Assembly: GCF_022045235.1 (NCBI RefSeq)
Contig: NW_027266264.1
Span: 73,656,001-73,720,000, forward strand
Reading direction: 5' to 3'
Length of the DNA: 64,000 nucleotides
From: Haliotis cracherodii
Lineage: Eukaryota
Made by a program: the position numbers and the translations under genes. Every line of letters starts with the position of its first letter. The first letter of the stretch is position 1. Below are positions 51,101 to 62,321 of this stretch, piece by piece. Below the pieces are notes generated by a model. It did no database searches. It was not told the DNA's origin and saw only the letters and a list, made by a program, of their open reading frames with translations.

Positions 51101-53439
51101 CCGTCAGTTCGTTATAAGCGTGTTCGTTATTAACGTAGTTTACTTTACATGTGTTTCTTTAAACCGAATATTGTTTTAGCTCGCACCCACTATCGGACTA
51201 CCGATTGGCTGATGATAGATTGTGCTGACTGATGTCACTGATTTCGTATTGTTGTCTACGGTCTTTTGTCAACTAATGATTAAATGAGCGGCCTATGATT
51301 GTTTTAAAAATATTTTAAGTGATAAAAATTAAAATTCAATATTGTCTTGTGTTTACGGAGTTACAACACCGGCGTGCACACTTCGCGTAAATCCACATTT
51401 TCAAGGTCAACAGTTAAATAGGTTTGATATGGAATACTGATATGGTGAGGTTAGGTGAAATAGGGTTTAACGTCGCGTCCAAGATTATTGCATTTATATA
51501 GCGACGTGCATGCACGTGTGTGTGTGTGTGGCTGCTTGTACTAGTCCGGACTGATTCCGATTTATAGCGCTAGCCCACTGAGATACCATGCTGCAGTTTA
51601 ACATGAATACCCCACTCAGACACAGTATACTGACTCCGAGCCGACCAGTCCTTGTTTTACCCCCTTAATGCCAAGCGCCAGACAGGATAACAACAAGTAC
51701 CATCTTTTAACGTCTTTTAGTATGACGTGGCCGTGGATCGAACCCCGGACCTTCCGCTGTCCGGGATGCCGCTTTACCACTAGACCACGGAGGCGGTCGA
51801 ATATAGACATGAGTTAATAGGCATTTTATTTGAGAACACACAGATACACCATCAACCCCACTGTATCCAAGTGCTGGATAGAAAGACTTTTGTACAAAAC
51901 AGCTCGTTTAGCGCATCCTCACCCCTCGCATTATGTCACTGAATTAGGGTGAGCTACTGTACCGGTTATACTGGTTGTTAAGATAAGACTTAGTGTCTCT
52001 TTAGTTATATAATTTTCTAACACAATGAAATCAATAAACGTGAGTGTGTATGATGCCATACTCCTACAAACCAGCTCAACCCTTGCAGATCCGGGTTGCA
52101 AGAAATCTTCAGCAACCCATGCTTGCTGTAAAAGGCGACTATGCTTGTCGTAAGCGTGAGTGAGTATGGTTTTTCGCCGCTTTTAGCAATATTCCAGCAA
52201 GATCACGGCGGGGGACACCAGAAATGGGCTTCACACATTGTACCCATGTCGGGAATCGAACCCGGGTCTTCGGCGTGACGAGCGAACGCTTTAACCACTA
52301 GGCTACCCGACCGCCCCGCTTGTCGTAAGAGGCGACTAACGAGATCGGGTGGTCAGGCTCGTTGACTTGGTTGATGTCATCGTATCACAATTACGTTGAT
52401 CGATGCTCATGATGTCAATCACTGGATTGTCTGGTCCAGAATCTGGAATATGGCTGAGTGCGGCGTTAAACAGCAAACAAACAAACAAAACAAAGCTAAC
52501 CAGCTCCCTCCAAATATACTCATTATCTTTTTCTGAAAGGAGACAAACAGTTCCTTTTCGGCGACAAACCTTGTGAAGCAGACGCAGCCATTTTCGGACA
52601 GCTGTCACAGTTCAGATGGCACATGCCAGGGACAAAGGGGGAACAACTCGTGTCAGGTAAGGTCTAGGCCTTCCGGGAAGATCAAGTTTCTCAATTAAAT
52701 ACCTTAACAAAGACCTAAATAACCTTTTCCCTTGACTGGGGCACAATATAACGGCATCCGGTGAATGGACCAGTTGTAAAATACGTAACAACGGCGATAT
52801 TTCAGCCATAGTGTAGGTGTATCAGTGAGTGAGTTAAATCAAATCTTTTTGAAAAAAAGGTGTATACTCCATTAGTCCGAAACTCCGGCACCGGAACAAC
52901 CGTCATGTGTCTCCCTCTCATATTCTTTTAACATGCAGTGATGGCGTCAATGTAAACCTTCACTTGTAACATGCAGTGATGGCGTCAATGTAAACCTTCT
53001 TCTCTGGTAGCATGTGATTGTGGCGTCAATGTTAACCTACTTCCCCTGTAACATGTCAAGGTGGCTTCGTGTAAATCTTCTTCCCCTGTCACATGCAGTG
53101 ATGGCGTCAGTGCAAACCTTCTTCCCCTGTAACATGTCAACGTGGCGTCATTGTAAACCTTCATCTCTTATAACATACAGTGATGATGTCATGTTATATC
53201 TTGTAACGAGCAATGATGGCGTCAATAGAAACTTTCTACTCTTGTAACGTGCAGTAATGGCGTCATGTTAAACCTCCTACTCTTATACCATGCAATTGTG
53301 GCTTCTGTAATCGGTGTCTCTGAAATTTTCAGAGACGTTCGCCAACCTACGGGCTTACTGTGAACGGATGAAGAACGCGTTTTGGCCTGACTGGGAGGAG
53401 TGCATAACGGACAACGGCAAGCGAAAAGCAACAAAGTGA
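46150..53439 (+). CDS. Failed axon connections (FAX/FAXC)-like, metaxin/GST-fold protein, ~244 aa, 6 coding exons
   Basis: Exons 46150-46154 (ATGAG; inferred, and intron 1 spans an assembly gap), 47897-48008, 48258-48454, 50605-50801, 52540-52656, 53333-53439 (735 nt). Motifs typical of the FAX/metaxin family: PSLTPFAVKLETFLRMARIPY, SPKGKFPWMIYNG..DSQFCIDFL, EENLYW, GHGIGRH, DLRAISSYLGDKQFLFGDKPCEADAAIFGQL, NLRAYCERMKNAFWPDW. Confidence 0.9.
46979..47162. other. Assembly gap
   Basis: Run of N. Confidence 1.
47616..47770 (-). mobile_element. tRNA-derived SINE family A (degenerate)
   Basis: GTGAGTGAGTATGGTTTTACGCCGCTTTTAGCAATATTCCAG tail with a diverged head. Confidence 0.7.
48034..48122. repeat. 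(GA)n/(GACA)n microsatellite
   Basis: Direct reading. Confidence 0.95.
48565..49568. repeat. 42-bp minisatellite (some 51-bp units) in FAX-like intron 3
   Basis: (GTATTCTAGAGTGCCTGGTGGTATGGCAAGGATTGTTAGTGT..)n. Confidence 0.95.
49583..50562. repeat. 30-bp minisatellite in FAX-like intron 3
   Basis: (TAAGGTGCGGGGTGCTATGACAATAAAGTG/TTA)n. Confidence 0.95.
50983..51145. mobile_element. Tc1/mariner(pogo)-type MITE
   Basis: CAGTAAACTACGGTTATAACGAA ... TTCGTTATTAACGTAGTTTACT, with internal TTCGTTATAA sub-repeats. Confidence 0.6.
51445..51798 (-). mobile_element. tRNA-derived SINE family C
   Basis: Full copy homologous to 1968-2270; degenerate 13-bp TSD GAATA..GA.ATG. Confidence 0.8.
52079..52492 (+). 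mobile_element. SINE-like family B, interrupted by a family A insertion
   Basis: Head at 52079-52154, body at 52318-52492. Confidence 0.8.
52155..52317 (-). mobile_element. tRNA-derived SINE family A, nested in a family B copy
   Basis: Near-consensus copy; 12-bp TSD GCTTGTCGTAAG at 52143-52154 and 52318-52329. Confidence 0.88.
52928..53305. repeat. Degenerate ~41-bp minisatellite in FAX-like intron 5
   Basis: (TAACATGCAGTGATGGCGTCAATGTAAACCTTCTTCCCCTG)-like, about 9 units. Confidence 0.85.
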
Positions 53440-55139
53440 ACTGATTCAGAATGCACGTGCAACCTATACCTTGCCGGGACCTCTGGAGCTCATTCTGAAA
53501 AATCAGTTCTCGCCATAACGCAATCGATTCGAACAATTTGCCACGTGAGAAGTCTGCAATCAACATGAACAATTACGTTAAGAAACCACGTGTGTGGGTT
53601 TAGCATGGGCTTGGTGATTCTCGCCGAATTTTTACAATTATCTTACCTCGTACCTTTACAGAACTATAGTGTTTTACTAAATTTCCGATACAATGTTATT
53701 TTATGTTCAATGTACAACAATTTTCTCTCGGCACCATCTAATGGAGACAGTGATGTGTTGACTCATACTTCAAGCTCTATGTTGTCATGGTAACTGATAT
53801 TATTCTCCACCTGATGATATTAAAGGGCATATCTCTAACTAATCAATTTTATCGAACATTGTCTCCTGATAGAGGTGGGGTGGAGTCATTTGGAAACTCG
53901 CTTGACAGGGTGATCACAGAAGTTGATATGTCGGATAAAGGTACAATGGGCGACATGTCTTAGCATAGACTTGCTGAAATAGTGTTTCATATATTAGACG
54001 CCGGCCCTCCACTACACGCCGGGCCATGTGCTGTGTCCAAACAGTGGAACCGGGACCTGTATATTTATTTTCATTTGTTTCACAGTTTCGACGATTAAAC
54101 GAATCCCCGTTAGATAGAGTTTTCATTTCAACCAGTGTCTAACATTAAGTACGTTTTGAAATACACACACGTTCTAATAAAAACGGGCAAATGAAAGTAT
54201 CATTCAAAAAAGGATTGACCAAAAACTTACAAACGTTATCAAAACGTTTCTAGTTCAATACAGTCGCCGAAACACTGCAAACCCTAGGTCCAAAACACAA
54301 CTAACCAGATCAAACACATCACCGTGTGATGGAAGAGCCATTTCTTGTTTGTTTCATTTTCAGCCACCATCAAACATGGGTGTACTTTCTTTTGCCCGGA
54401 AGTGTATATGTATCACAACCACATTTACGACGGCACTTACATTTTGAATCTTTGCGTCTACAGGCAGGGCAGTTCGAACCACCTGTCTTCGCTGCCTGGT
54501 GAGAACGAATACAGTTTCTGATTAATGAAACGTTTTCGTGGGTTCAAAATAAATAGAACTCCATTGCCGATCACTCCGCTTCATGGCGAAATGAACGTAG
54601 GAATGCAATTTGATATGAGGGTCCTAGACTGTGTTGAGTAACGCGATAGTCACGTGAACTAGCGAAACTAGTAAATCCGGTTCCAATATTGACTCTTCCC
54701 ATGATGGCGGAGATAGGCTGAGTGCGACACGACATGGCTTTATACATAACATAATCGGAAGCTGTCTTGTGCAACAAACGTGTGTTCCTAGTTTCATTGT
54801 GTGGCTGCCATGTCACAGAGAACAAATGTTATGTCTGACTGTCAAACGTGAATGACGTCATATTGCATCACGTGACAAGCAATGTCGCAACGCAGATGAT
54901 CCATCAGTCTTCGGTCGGTCATGTAGAAATGTGAATGTAGAAACTTGAAATATATTAAATAACAAATTATTACCATAATTTTATAGTTTCATAATTACTT
55001 TTTAAAATAAACAGAAACATCTTCGAAACACTGGCCATATTAATGATTTATAAGAGAAGACCTCTACACAAGGACGAGGGATATGACATTGGCCACGGGA
55101 TTGGAGAACTGTAGTAACAAACATAATAGCTGTAACAAC

Positions 55140-55187
55140 AGTTGCTGTAGTAGTAGTGGTAGTAGTAGTAGTAGTAGGAGTAGTCAC

Positions 55188-55225
<38 letters not shown>

Positions 55226-55475
55226 AAGTAGTAACAGTAGTAGAAGTAGCAGTAGTAACAGTAGTAGTAGTAGAAGTAGTAACAGTAGTAGAAGTAGCAG
55301 TAGTAACAGTAGTAGTAGTAGTAATAAAAAAGATCTTAGTAGTAGTCAAAGTAGTAGTAGTAACAGTAGTAGTAGTCACATTAGTAGTAGTCACATTACT
55401 AGTAGTAGTAGTCATAGTAGTAGTCACAGCAGTAGTAGTAGAAGTGATATTAGTAGTAGTCACAGTGGTAGTAGT
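55140..55475. repeat. (GTA)n microsatellite running into an assembly gap
   Basis: Direct reading. Confidence 0.95.
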
Positions 55476-55662
55476 NNNNNNNNNNNNNNNNNNNNNNNNN
55501 NNNNNNNNNNNNNNNNNNNNNNNNNNNNNNNNNNNNNNNNNNNNNNNNNNNNNNNNNNNNNNNNNNNNNNNNNNNNNNNNNNNNNNNNNNNNNNNNNNNN
55601 NNNNNNNNNNNNNNNNNNNNNNNNNNNNNNNNNNNNNNNNNNNNNNNNNNNNNNNNNNNNNN
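55476..55662. other. Assembly gap
   Basis: Run of N. Confidence 1.
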
Positions 55663-56292
55663 GTGGGTCACGTGAACGTGGTACATGTAACGTCACTTGG
55701 CACGGAGATTCCACTTTGTCAATAAATCTCCAATTAAGCATGTCAGCATTACTGCTCCAGGAGAATGGTCCCTTATCTTTGAAATATTAGGTACGTTTCT
55801 GCTTCAAGGAAAAAAAACAAATAAAGAATTTAAGTTGGTGCATGTTTAGCCCAAATCTGTTTTCCACATTTTCCATTTAGACACGTGGTTAGGTTCTATT
55901 GCTCAAGACGTATATACTTGACATTTTGAAGTCCTCTCAGCTCATTTATTTCACCACAAAGCTGTTCATTGAAATATATGACGGACGGGACAACGGATCA
56001 GTGAGGACAACTGTTTCCCTGTGATGACAACTGACAGTGGACAAGAATCACTCACGCCTTAGGACATGTCCATTATTCAATATTACCTTTCAAATGACTA
56101 TAATGTTCAGTAATGTAAACGATGGACCCAGTCTTCCTGTAATCCCAGCCCAATGGAGCCGCAATAAAACCCTGGGTTTATGGCAGACAGGCAGGTAGAG
56201 TCCTACATCATGCCACGTGCCAAGTTGTCATAACGCCGGCCGCCGTGTACATTTCAGTCTTGGGGAGCTCCGACAGGAGCAACTTTCTCAAA

Positions 56293-59200
56293 ATGGCGGA
56301 CATGGGGTTTGGGTCTATATATCTTGGAATGTTTTTGTCCGTTGGAATTCTTTGTCAGGTTTGTAGTTTGTTTCTTTGATGGTAAGTCGTTCGTGTTCAT
56401 TTTATGTTGTTTTATTTTAGTATGTGGACACAAGAATTAAAAGACGTGTCGTGTTTATTCATGTTTTGAAGTAGGGTCCGATTCTTTGACATGACATCTT
56501 TGAGGACACGCGTGTCAAGAACCCAAAAGTAATTACGTCTGAATTTAAATTAAACTGTCAACTTGCGTATAATCTACAAATAATATATTTTATAGAAATG
56601 AACCATACCCATTACCAAGTACTACGTACACTGTGTTTCTAAATGTTGCTTTAGTGTAATTAAAACTATATTATGTGAAGAATTCCTCGACAACATGCCT
56701 AGAGCGTTGGCAGTTTTATTGTTAAGGAGTCACCCAGATATTAATGATTTAATGTGTTCTCGTGTCGCTCACGCATACTAAAACAAGACATCCGCCATCA
56801 TCCGTACAACATACGCCTAAACAAGGAACCAATGGCGCTACAGACTTCCACCTGACCTGCGTGTTAACTGAAGCCCTCTGTAGATGCAATTGACACGGTA
56901 ACTTTTATTTATAGCATCAAGCTGGGGATGTAAAAGGGGCGTTAAATGCGCACGTGCATATAAATGTTAAGCCGCGATCGAGTGAGTGAGCAAATGTTTT
57001 GCGACGTAATCAGCAAATATTCCAGCGGCGGCCTAAAACAACATGAGTCTGGACCAGGCAGGTCAGTGATAGATATCAGGAGCATCGTGGTCATAAAGTG
57101 TAACCATCCGATCCTCATTTTACGACACAAATAGGGTACGGTGAACTATATTGCACGCACGGTTGAAAGGCGCAAGTACTGAACGTACAGTCTTCCGAAC
57201 CAAGATTTAATAACCAAAAAGTTTTCTGAGATATTTGAAACGACATTCCACTATGTATGGTGGTGACACCTTTCCGTTAATATTATTAATGCAGTTGATG
57301 AATGACATGGAAGTATGTGTTATTGCGGAGGACTTGTATGTTACTGCTTACGAAGTGTATGTTTTTGCGTGCGAGATGTATTGCATCGTCACAGAACACA
57401 AAGATGTCCTCGAAGTACAATCTTTTGGGTTTAGATACCAAGACGCTCAGACACGACAGGATTTAATAAACAATGTAATAGCGCGGCTTTTTTTGTTTGA
57501 ATTCGGAACTTACGATAATATTCGTTTGCGAGCTACAGAAATCAGATATGTTTGAATATATGAATGCTTCTCTCACTCATACCGATAATTTAGATTCACC
57601 TGGCGTGAACTTTATGCAGCATTGAGGTATCTCGGAGAAGACTATCTGATTTTAATGAGATCGAGTGGCGATCAGCTTAAGCAGAGTGCGATGCACCCAA
57701 AAGACATAGATACTGTTTCTGTATCGACCGACTGTTGGTTCACTAGCTCCATACTTCACGCAGCACAAGTCCCGGCCTTTACTTCAAAGGGAATATTCCA
57801 AATCATGCATATCATCACATTACAGGTGCAAAGGATAAATGATAAATGCTATCATTTGGTAAAAGGGCGACATATACCATATTTTTCGATCAAGTGTAAC
57901 TGAAACGACTTGTATTGGATTTGTCACATCAACAAAATATTTCATCAGTAATCCTTAAATTTCCAACTGCGACACGATGCTGACCAATCGAGTTTATAAA
58001 AGAAAGTTTTGTCACGATATTCGGGGACACTGGACGAGATATGATTGGCCATGTCGGCTAATGTAATAGTTGCGTCCCTTTGTCGTTCAAGAATCAGACT
58101 GGTTCTATTCCCGGGTCCGATTATGATCCTTGGTTTGTCGGCACCATATCCGCCCTCGTTGGTTTCACCAATGTGTAAAATTGGGGTTTCCTCCCACATT
58201 AAGCTGACACGCCCTAATATAACTGAAAAAAGTTGTGTGAATGTGAAAGCATACAACAACCTATAACGTGTTCCTGTTTTCTACTAATTGTTCCTGATTA
58301 TCAGCGTTCCTTTCCGTTCCAGGTCTCTGTAGGCGCTGTAGTCCAAGAAGTTCACGTAGTCCCATCTCAAGGTCAAACCCCGGGAGGCCAACAGCCACAC
58401 TATGCTCCCCCGAGCGGGCAATACCCCCAGGCTCAACATCCCTACCCTGGGGGCTATCCCCCTGAAGCCCAACCCCCGTATGCCACCCCTGGGCTAGGCG
58501 AACAGTACCCTGGTGCAGCAGCACAGGGCTCGTACCCCGCTGTAGCATACCCCCAGCAAGGAGCGGAACCCCAGGCAGCAGGATTTAACGCCCACACTGC
58601 AGGACAGCTGACCCCCGGGCAGTCTCCCGGGGATGTTGCTTACACAGATCCTTTCGCAGCTCCGGCCCAAACTGCATACCCCCAAGGGGGTCAGCCATAC
58701 CCAGCGTCAGACCCTACTGCACAGGCTGCATACCACGGGGCTCCGTCAGCTGGTTACCCTCAGGCTCAGCAACCGGGGCCTCAATACCAATACCCGTCTC
58801 AGCAGTACCCCGGCCCGGTGGCTCAGTATAGTCAGGGTCAGTACCCACCCCAGGGATCTCCATTTCAAACTCCCCCTGCCTACATGGCTCCTTCTGGCTA
58901 CCCTGGGCAACAAGGTTACCCGGATCAGGGCTATCCTCAAACTCCTGCAGCTGCAACTGCAGCAGCAGCAGCAGCAGCTTATGCTCAAGCTCAGAATCAG
59001 TCAGACCAAACATGGCCGGGAGCGAGTTTTCAAGGAGGACCTGCAAGTCCTCAAGGCGTACCTGCTGCACCCGCTCAACCAGCACCTGCTGAGGTTCAGG
59101 GTCAGTCAGCTGCTGCTGCTGCTACTAGTACCTTCCCCAACCCTGCAGGTGTTGCTGACGCAGGTGTTGCTGCAACCGCTGTTGCCGACACTCCTGCTCA

Positions 59201-61568
59201 AGGAGCGAATGGCTCTCCTTCACTCAAGACCTCGTCTGTTGCGACTCAAAAAGCCGAATACCCTAGCGGCAACGCTATACCAAATCCAACAGGTGGCTTC
59301 GTAGCACAAGGCACAAATCCAGCGCAGTATAAATACCCAGACAGAAAGCCACTCATGGGTGCTCCTGGTTTCCCAACAGCTGTAGCTGATGCTCAAGTCA
59401 AGGCAGGAGCCGGAACACCGGCGTTTCCCCCAGCCGCCCAACAAACCTTCCCCGTGGCTCAATACCCTCCTGCACAGTACCACTCTTTACCCCACCCAGG
59501 CAAGGGCCCAACCTCCGCCCCTCACGGCTACCCCCCTAGAGGATACCCTTACCCAGGACCCTATCATCCCCATCCACCATACGGGATGTCCCCATACCAT
59601 GGAGGCATGGGCCACGCCCCATATCCTCACGGTCAACACGCAAGGCCTTACCAAGGGGGCCCCCACCCACCACCCCATGCAGGACAGGCACCACCCCAAG
59701 GGGCAAGGGGCGGACCCAACGGTCACCCTTCAAATCACGTAGGTCAACCCGTACGTCCTGTCCCCGTCACAACAACACCCATACCCTACACCACGCCTGG
59801 GGCCACGCCCTTCCCCCCGGAGCTGAGATGCTACATGCAGAGTGAATGTGAGCTAGGGTGTTGCTATGCTGAAGACGGCTCCATCCTCTGGGACCATCAC
59901 AACAATTACGGGAAACATGGTAAGAAATATGATGCACGTTTGACCATTTAGCAATGCCTAAAGATTTAAAAAGAATCTAAGAATTCGCGATACAGTTAAT
60001 GAGAAACTTTGCAGTTTCGTCCTTCCAAACCTACGTCGTGATATCCCTGTTTTGTTTGTTTGTTGTTTAACACCCCACTGAGCAATATTAACACAGGCTG
60101 TTGCAAGTGGTTTTGATCCAGCGTTGCATCTGTTGAATAAGCAATGAATGGGTACAAGTAGGATGCGTTGGTAATGTACATGTAAACCTCCTAACGTAGT
60201 GACTGGTTATTTATTATCGGGGTGGAGGGTGAGGGGGGATTGGTCTAAGGTCTGTATCATATTTTGCTGTCACATGCTCCTTTTATGGAACATTTTTTGT
60301 CGCCCCATGTAAATGAACTATTTTCAGTATTATTACGATGATGTTTTAGGATACTGCTACCAGAAGACGGCCACTATACCCGGAGAGGGATGTCACCCAG
60401 CACTGTGCCCTTGTCAAGGTGAGTCATCCCCCTCTTCTCATGATGCCATCTTCCCGAGGCAAGAGAGTTAACTGACTATAAAAGTCCAGTTTCCACCCTT
60501 GCAGAACTAGGCTGGTATTATGGAGTTAATTTTGGCTGGACTAACGAGTCTATGCATAGTCCAATCAAAATCGCGCACCGAAATTGAAATCCGGTTCGTT
60601 AACTGTCGTGCAGATTTCGTTCGATTGCAGGATTTGCAAAGCATGTGCATCACCAACTCGTTGTCCCGTTTTATCACAATATAGTTATTGATTATCGATC
60701 AGATCGTCCTGACCGGGCGCAACCATTTTGTGTGCAGCAAACGCAAGTGATACGAGAGATGGAATGTGATTGGTCCTTAAGAGAGGCTTAGAAGGGATAT
60801 AACTGGTGATAGCCACTGGTGGCGCTACGAGTCCAGTAATTCCATCCTAGTTCGGCAAGGGTGGAAACTGGTGTTTAAAGTCAGTTAACTCTCTTGCCTC
60901 GGGAAGATGCATGATGCCAGTGAGTGAGTGAGTGAGTTTAATGCCGTTTCGACCAGTATTCCAATTATATCATGACGTGTCAGCTTTCTTGATGTGATAT
61001 AACTGGATATACTAAAACCCATCTCACTCACTAGAATACAACCAGTAAAGGAATAGAATAAAGGAAGAGATATTTTGTCGACCCCCATTTTATGTCGCTC
61101 TTTTATTGAAAAAAAGAACTGTCGTGCCCACATATCCCTTACAGTTGTGATAAATTTTGACTACCCTCCCTCGTTCTTTGTGTCAGTTTTTCATAGACTG
61201 CCCCCCCCCCCCCCCCTCTTTCCCTATAATGTATGACCAGTCCCTCACGCCAATGAATCTAATTCCCCCACCCACACACACACACCCACACACACCCACA
61301 CCCCTCCCATATTGAGTACATCATAGACAAAACATCATTCACCACTTCCTTTCTTGTTTCAGCTGATCAGAAATGCACGAGCGTTCCTTCTGAGAATGCG
61401 ACACTTCCTAGTGGGGCGGGCGAGGCGGCAGAAGGAGCCTACTTCGGCAACCCCAAGTGCTACAACCACGAGCAGCAGCTCCAGATTCGGGATTGGCTCA
61501 AGAAACTAGAGACAATCGTGCGAGCGTGTCGGCTGGACTACCTGTGCCCGCTCAGACAAGCTCACTGA
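56293..61568 (+). CDS. Secreted Pro/Gln/Gly/Ala/Tyr-rich low-complexity protein with C-terminal prokineticin/colipase-like cysteine domain, ~645 aa
   Basis: Exons 56293-56358 (MADMGFGSIYLGMFLSVGILCQ, signal-peptide-like; weak GTTTGT donor), 58323-59919, 60350-60418, 61363-61568. Phases 0/1/1 give an open 1938-nt frame. C-terminal C-x5-C-x3-CC-x20-C-x11-C-x4-CPC-x5-C-x27-C pattern. AATAAA at ~61969. Confidence 0.88.
60447..60909. mobile_element. MITE family D with perfect 8-bp TSD (hAT- or P-like)
   Basis: CATCTTCCCGAGGCAAGAGAGTTAACTGAC...GTCAGTTAACTCTCTTGCCTCGGGAAGATG, flanked by CATGATGC at 60439-60446 and 60910-60917. Confidence 0.88.
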
Positions 61569-62134
61569 ACAACCAACCTCGGTGTAGGATGTGCAACATC
61601 AGATGAAGAGATTTTAATATTTATTTTTCAAATTCTTGTCAAATATCCACTGAAACTAATGTCAGCATGTGTAAGCAATATTTCTAGTGATAACGAAGGT
61701 GGATTTGCTGTGGTGACCTAAATATGGAAACCTGCAAAATTACCTTGACATAATTCGGGTCTGGTTGAGACTTCGTTGTTCTTTTAATGAATGGTTAACT
61801 GACGCTATAAGAAGGAAGTTATTTCGAGCATGTGTCAAAGATTGTTACTAATCTGGAGCATGCATTTAACAGAATCAATAACGTTCTTCATTCTGTGAAT
61901 GATGCTGCGGTATGACTCTAGATATATATATGCTGCATTGACTTCGACGTGGGTATTATAAAGGAGAAAATAAATAAAGAATTTGTACAAGTTCTGTGTC
62001 CTTCTGGTGCAGCCTTAGAGCATGTTTATGAATAACACTACATCAACTCTACGTTGAAGGAAGTTTGACTGAGGAGAAGAAAAAGGTGGAATGTTTGTTC
62101 GTTTGCATAGTCGCCTCTTATGGCAAGGTGATGT

Positions 62135-62321
62135 TTTTTTGTTTTGTTTAACGCCGCACTCAGCAATATTCCAGCCATATGACGGCGGTCTGTAAATAAT
62201 GGAGTCTGCGAGACAGTCCAGTGATTAATATCATGAGCATCGATCCTCGCAATTGGGACACGATAACATGCATCAACCAAGTCAGCGGGCCTGACCACCC
62301 GATCCCGTTAGTCGCCTCTTA
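62135..62321 (-). mobile_element. SINE-like family B, 5'-truncated at the satellite
   Basis: Reverse copy ending at TTAGTCGCCTCTTA, directly abutting the 64-bp array. Confidence 0.8.

Noticed and set aside
53855-53910. CTGATAGA..GGAAAC hammerhead-like spacing
   Set aside because: Core spacing is wrong and the stems do not pair convincingly.
55002-55790. Mucin-like Thr-rich, Ser-rich and Val-rich ORFs
   Set aside because: Translation of a (GTA)n microsatellite next to a gap; no supporting exon structure.
56359-56387. Stronger donor ATG|GTAAGT 23 nt downstream of the modelled exon 1 donor
   Set aside because: An in-frame TGA precedes it and the phase does not fit exon 2, so it is not used for the CDS model; it could only give a non-coding isoform.
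58261-59733. Overlapping alternative-frame and antisense ORFs in the large exon
   Set aside because: Expected shadows of GC-rich low-complexity coding sequence.
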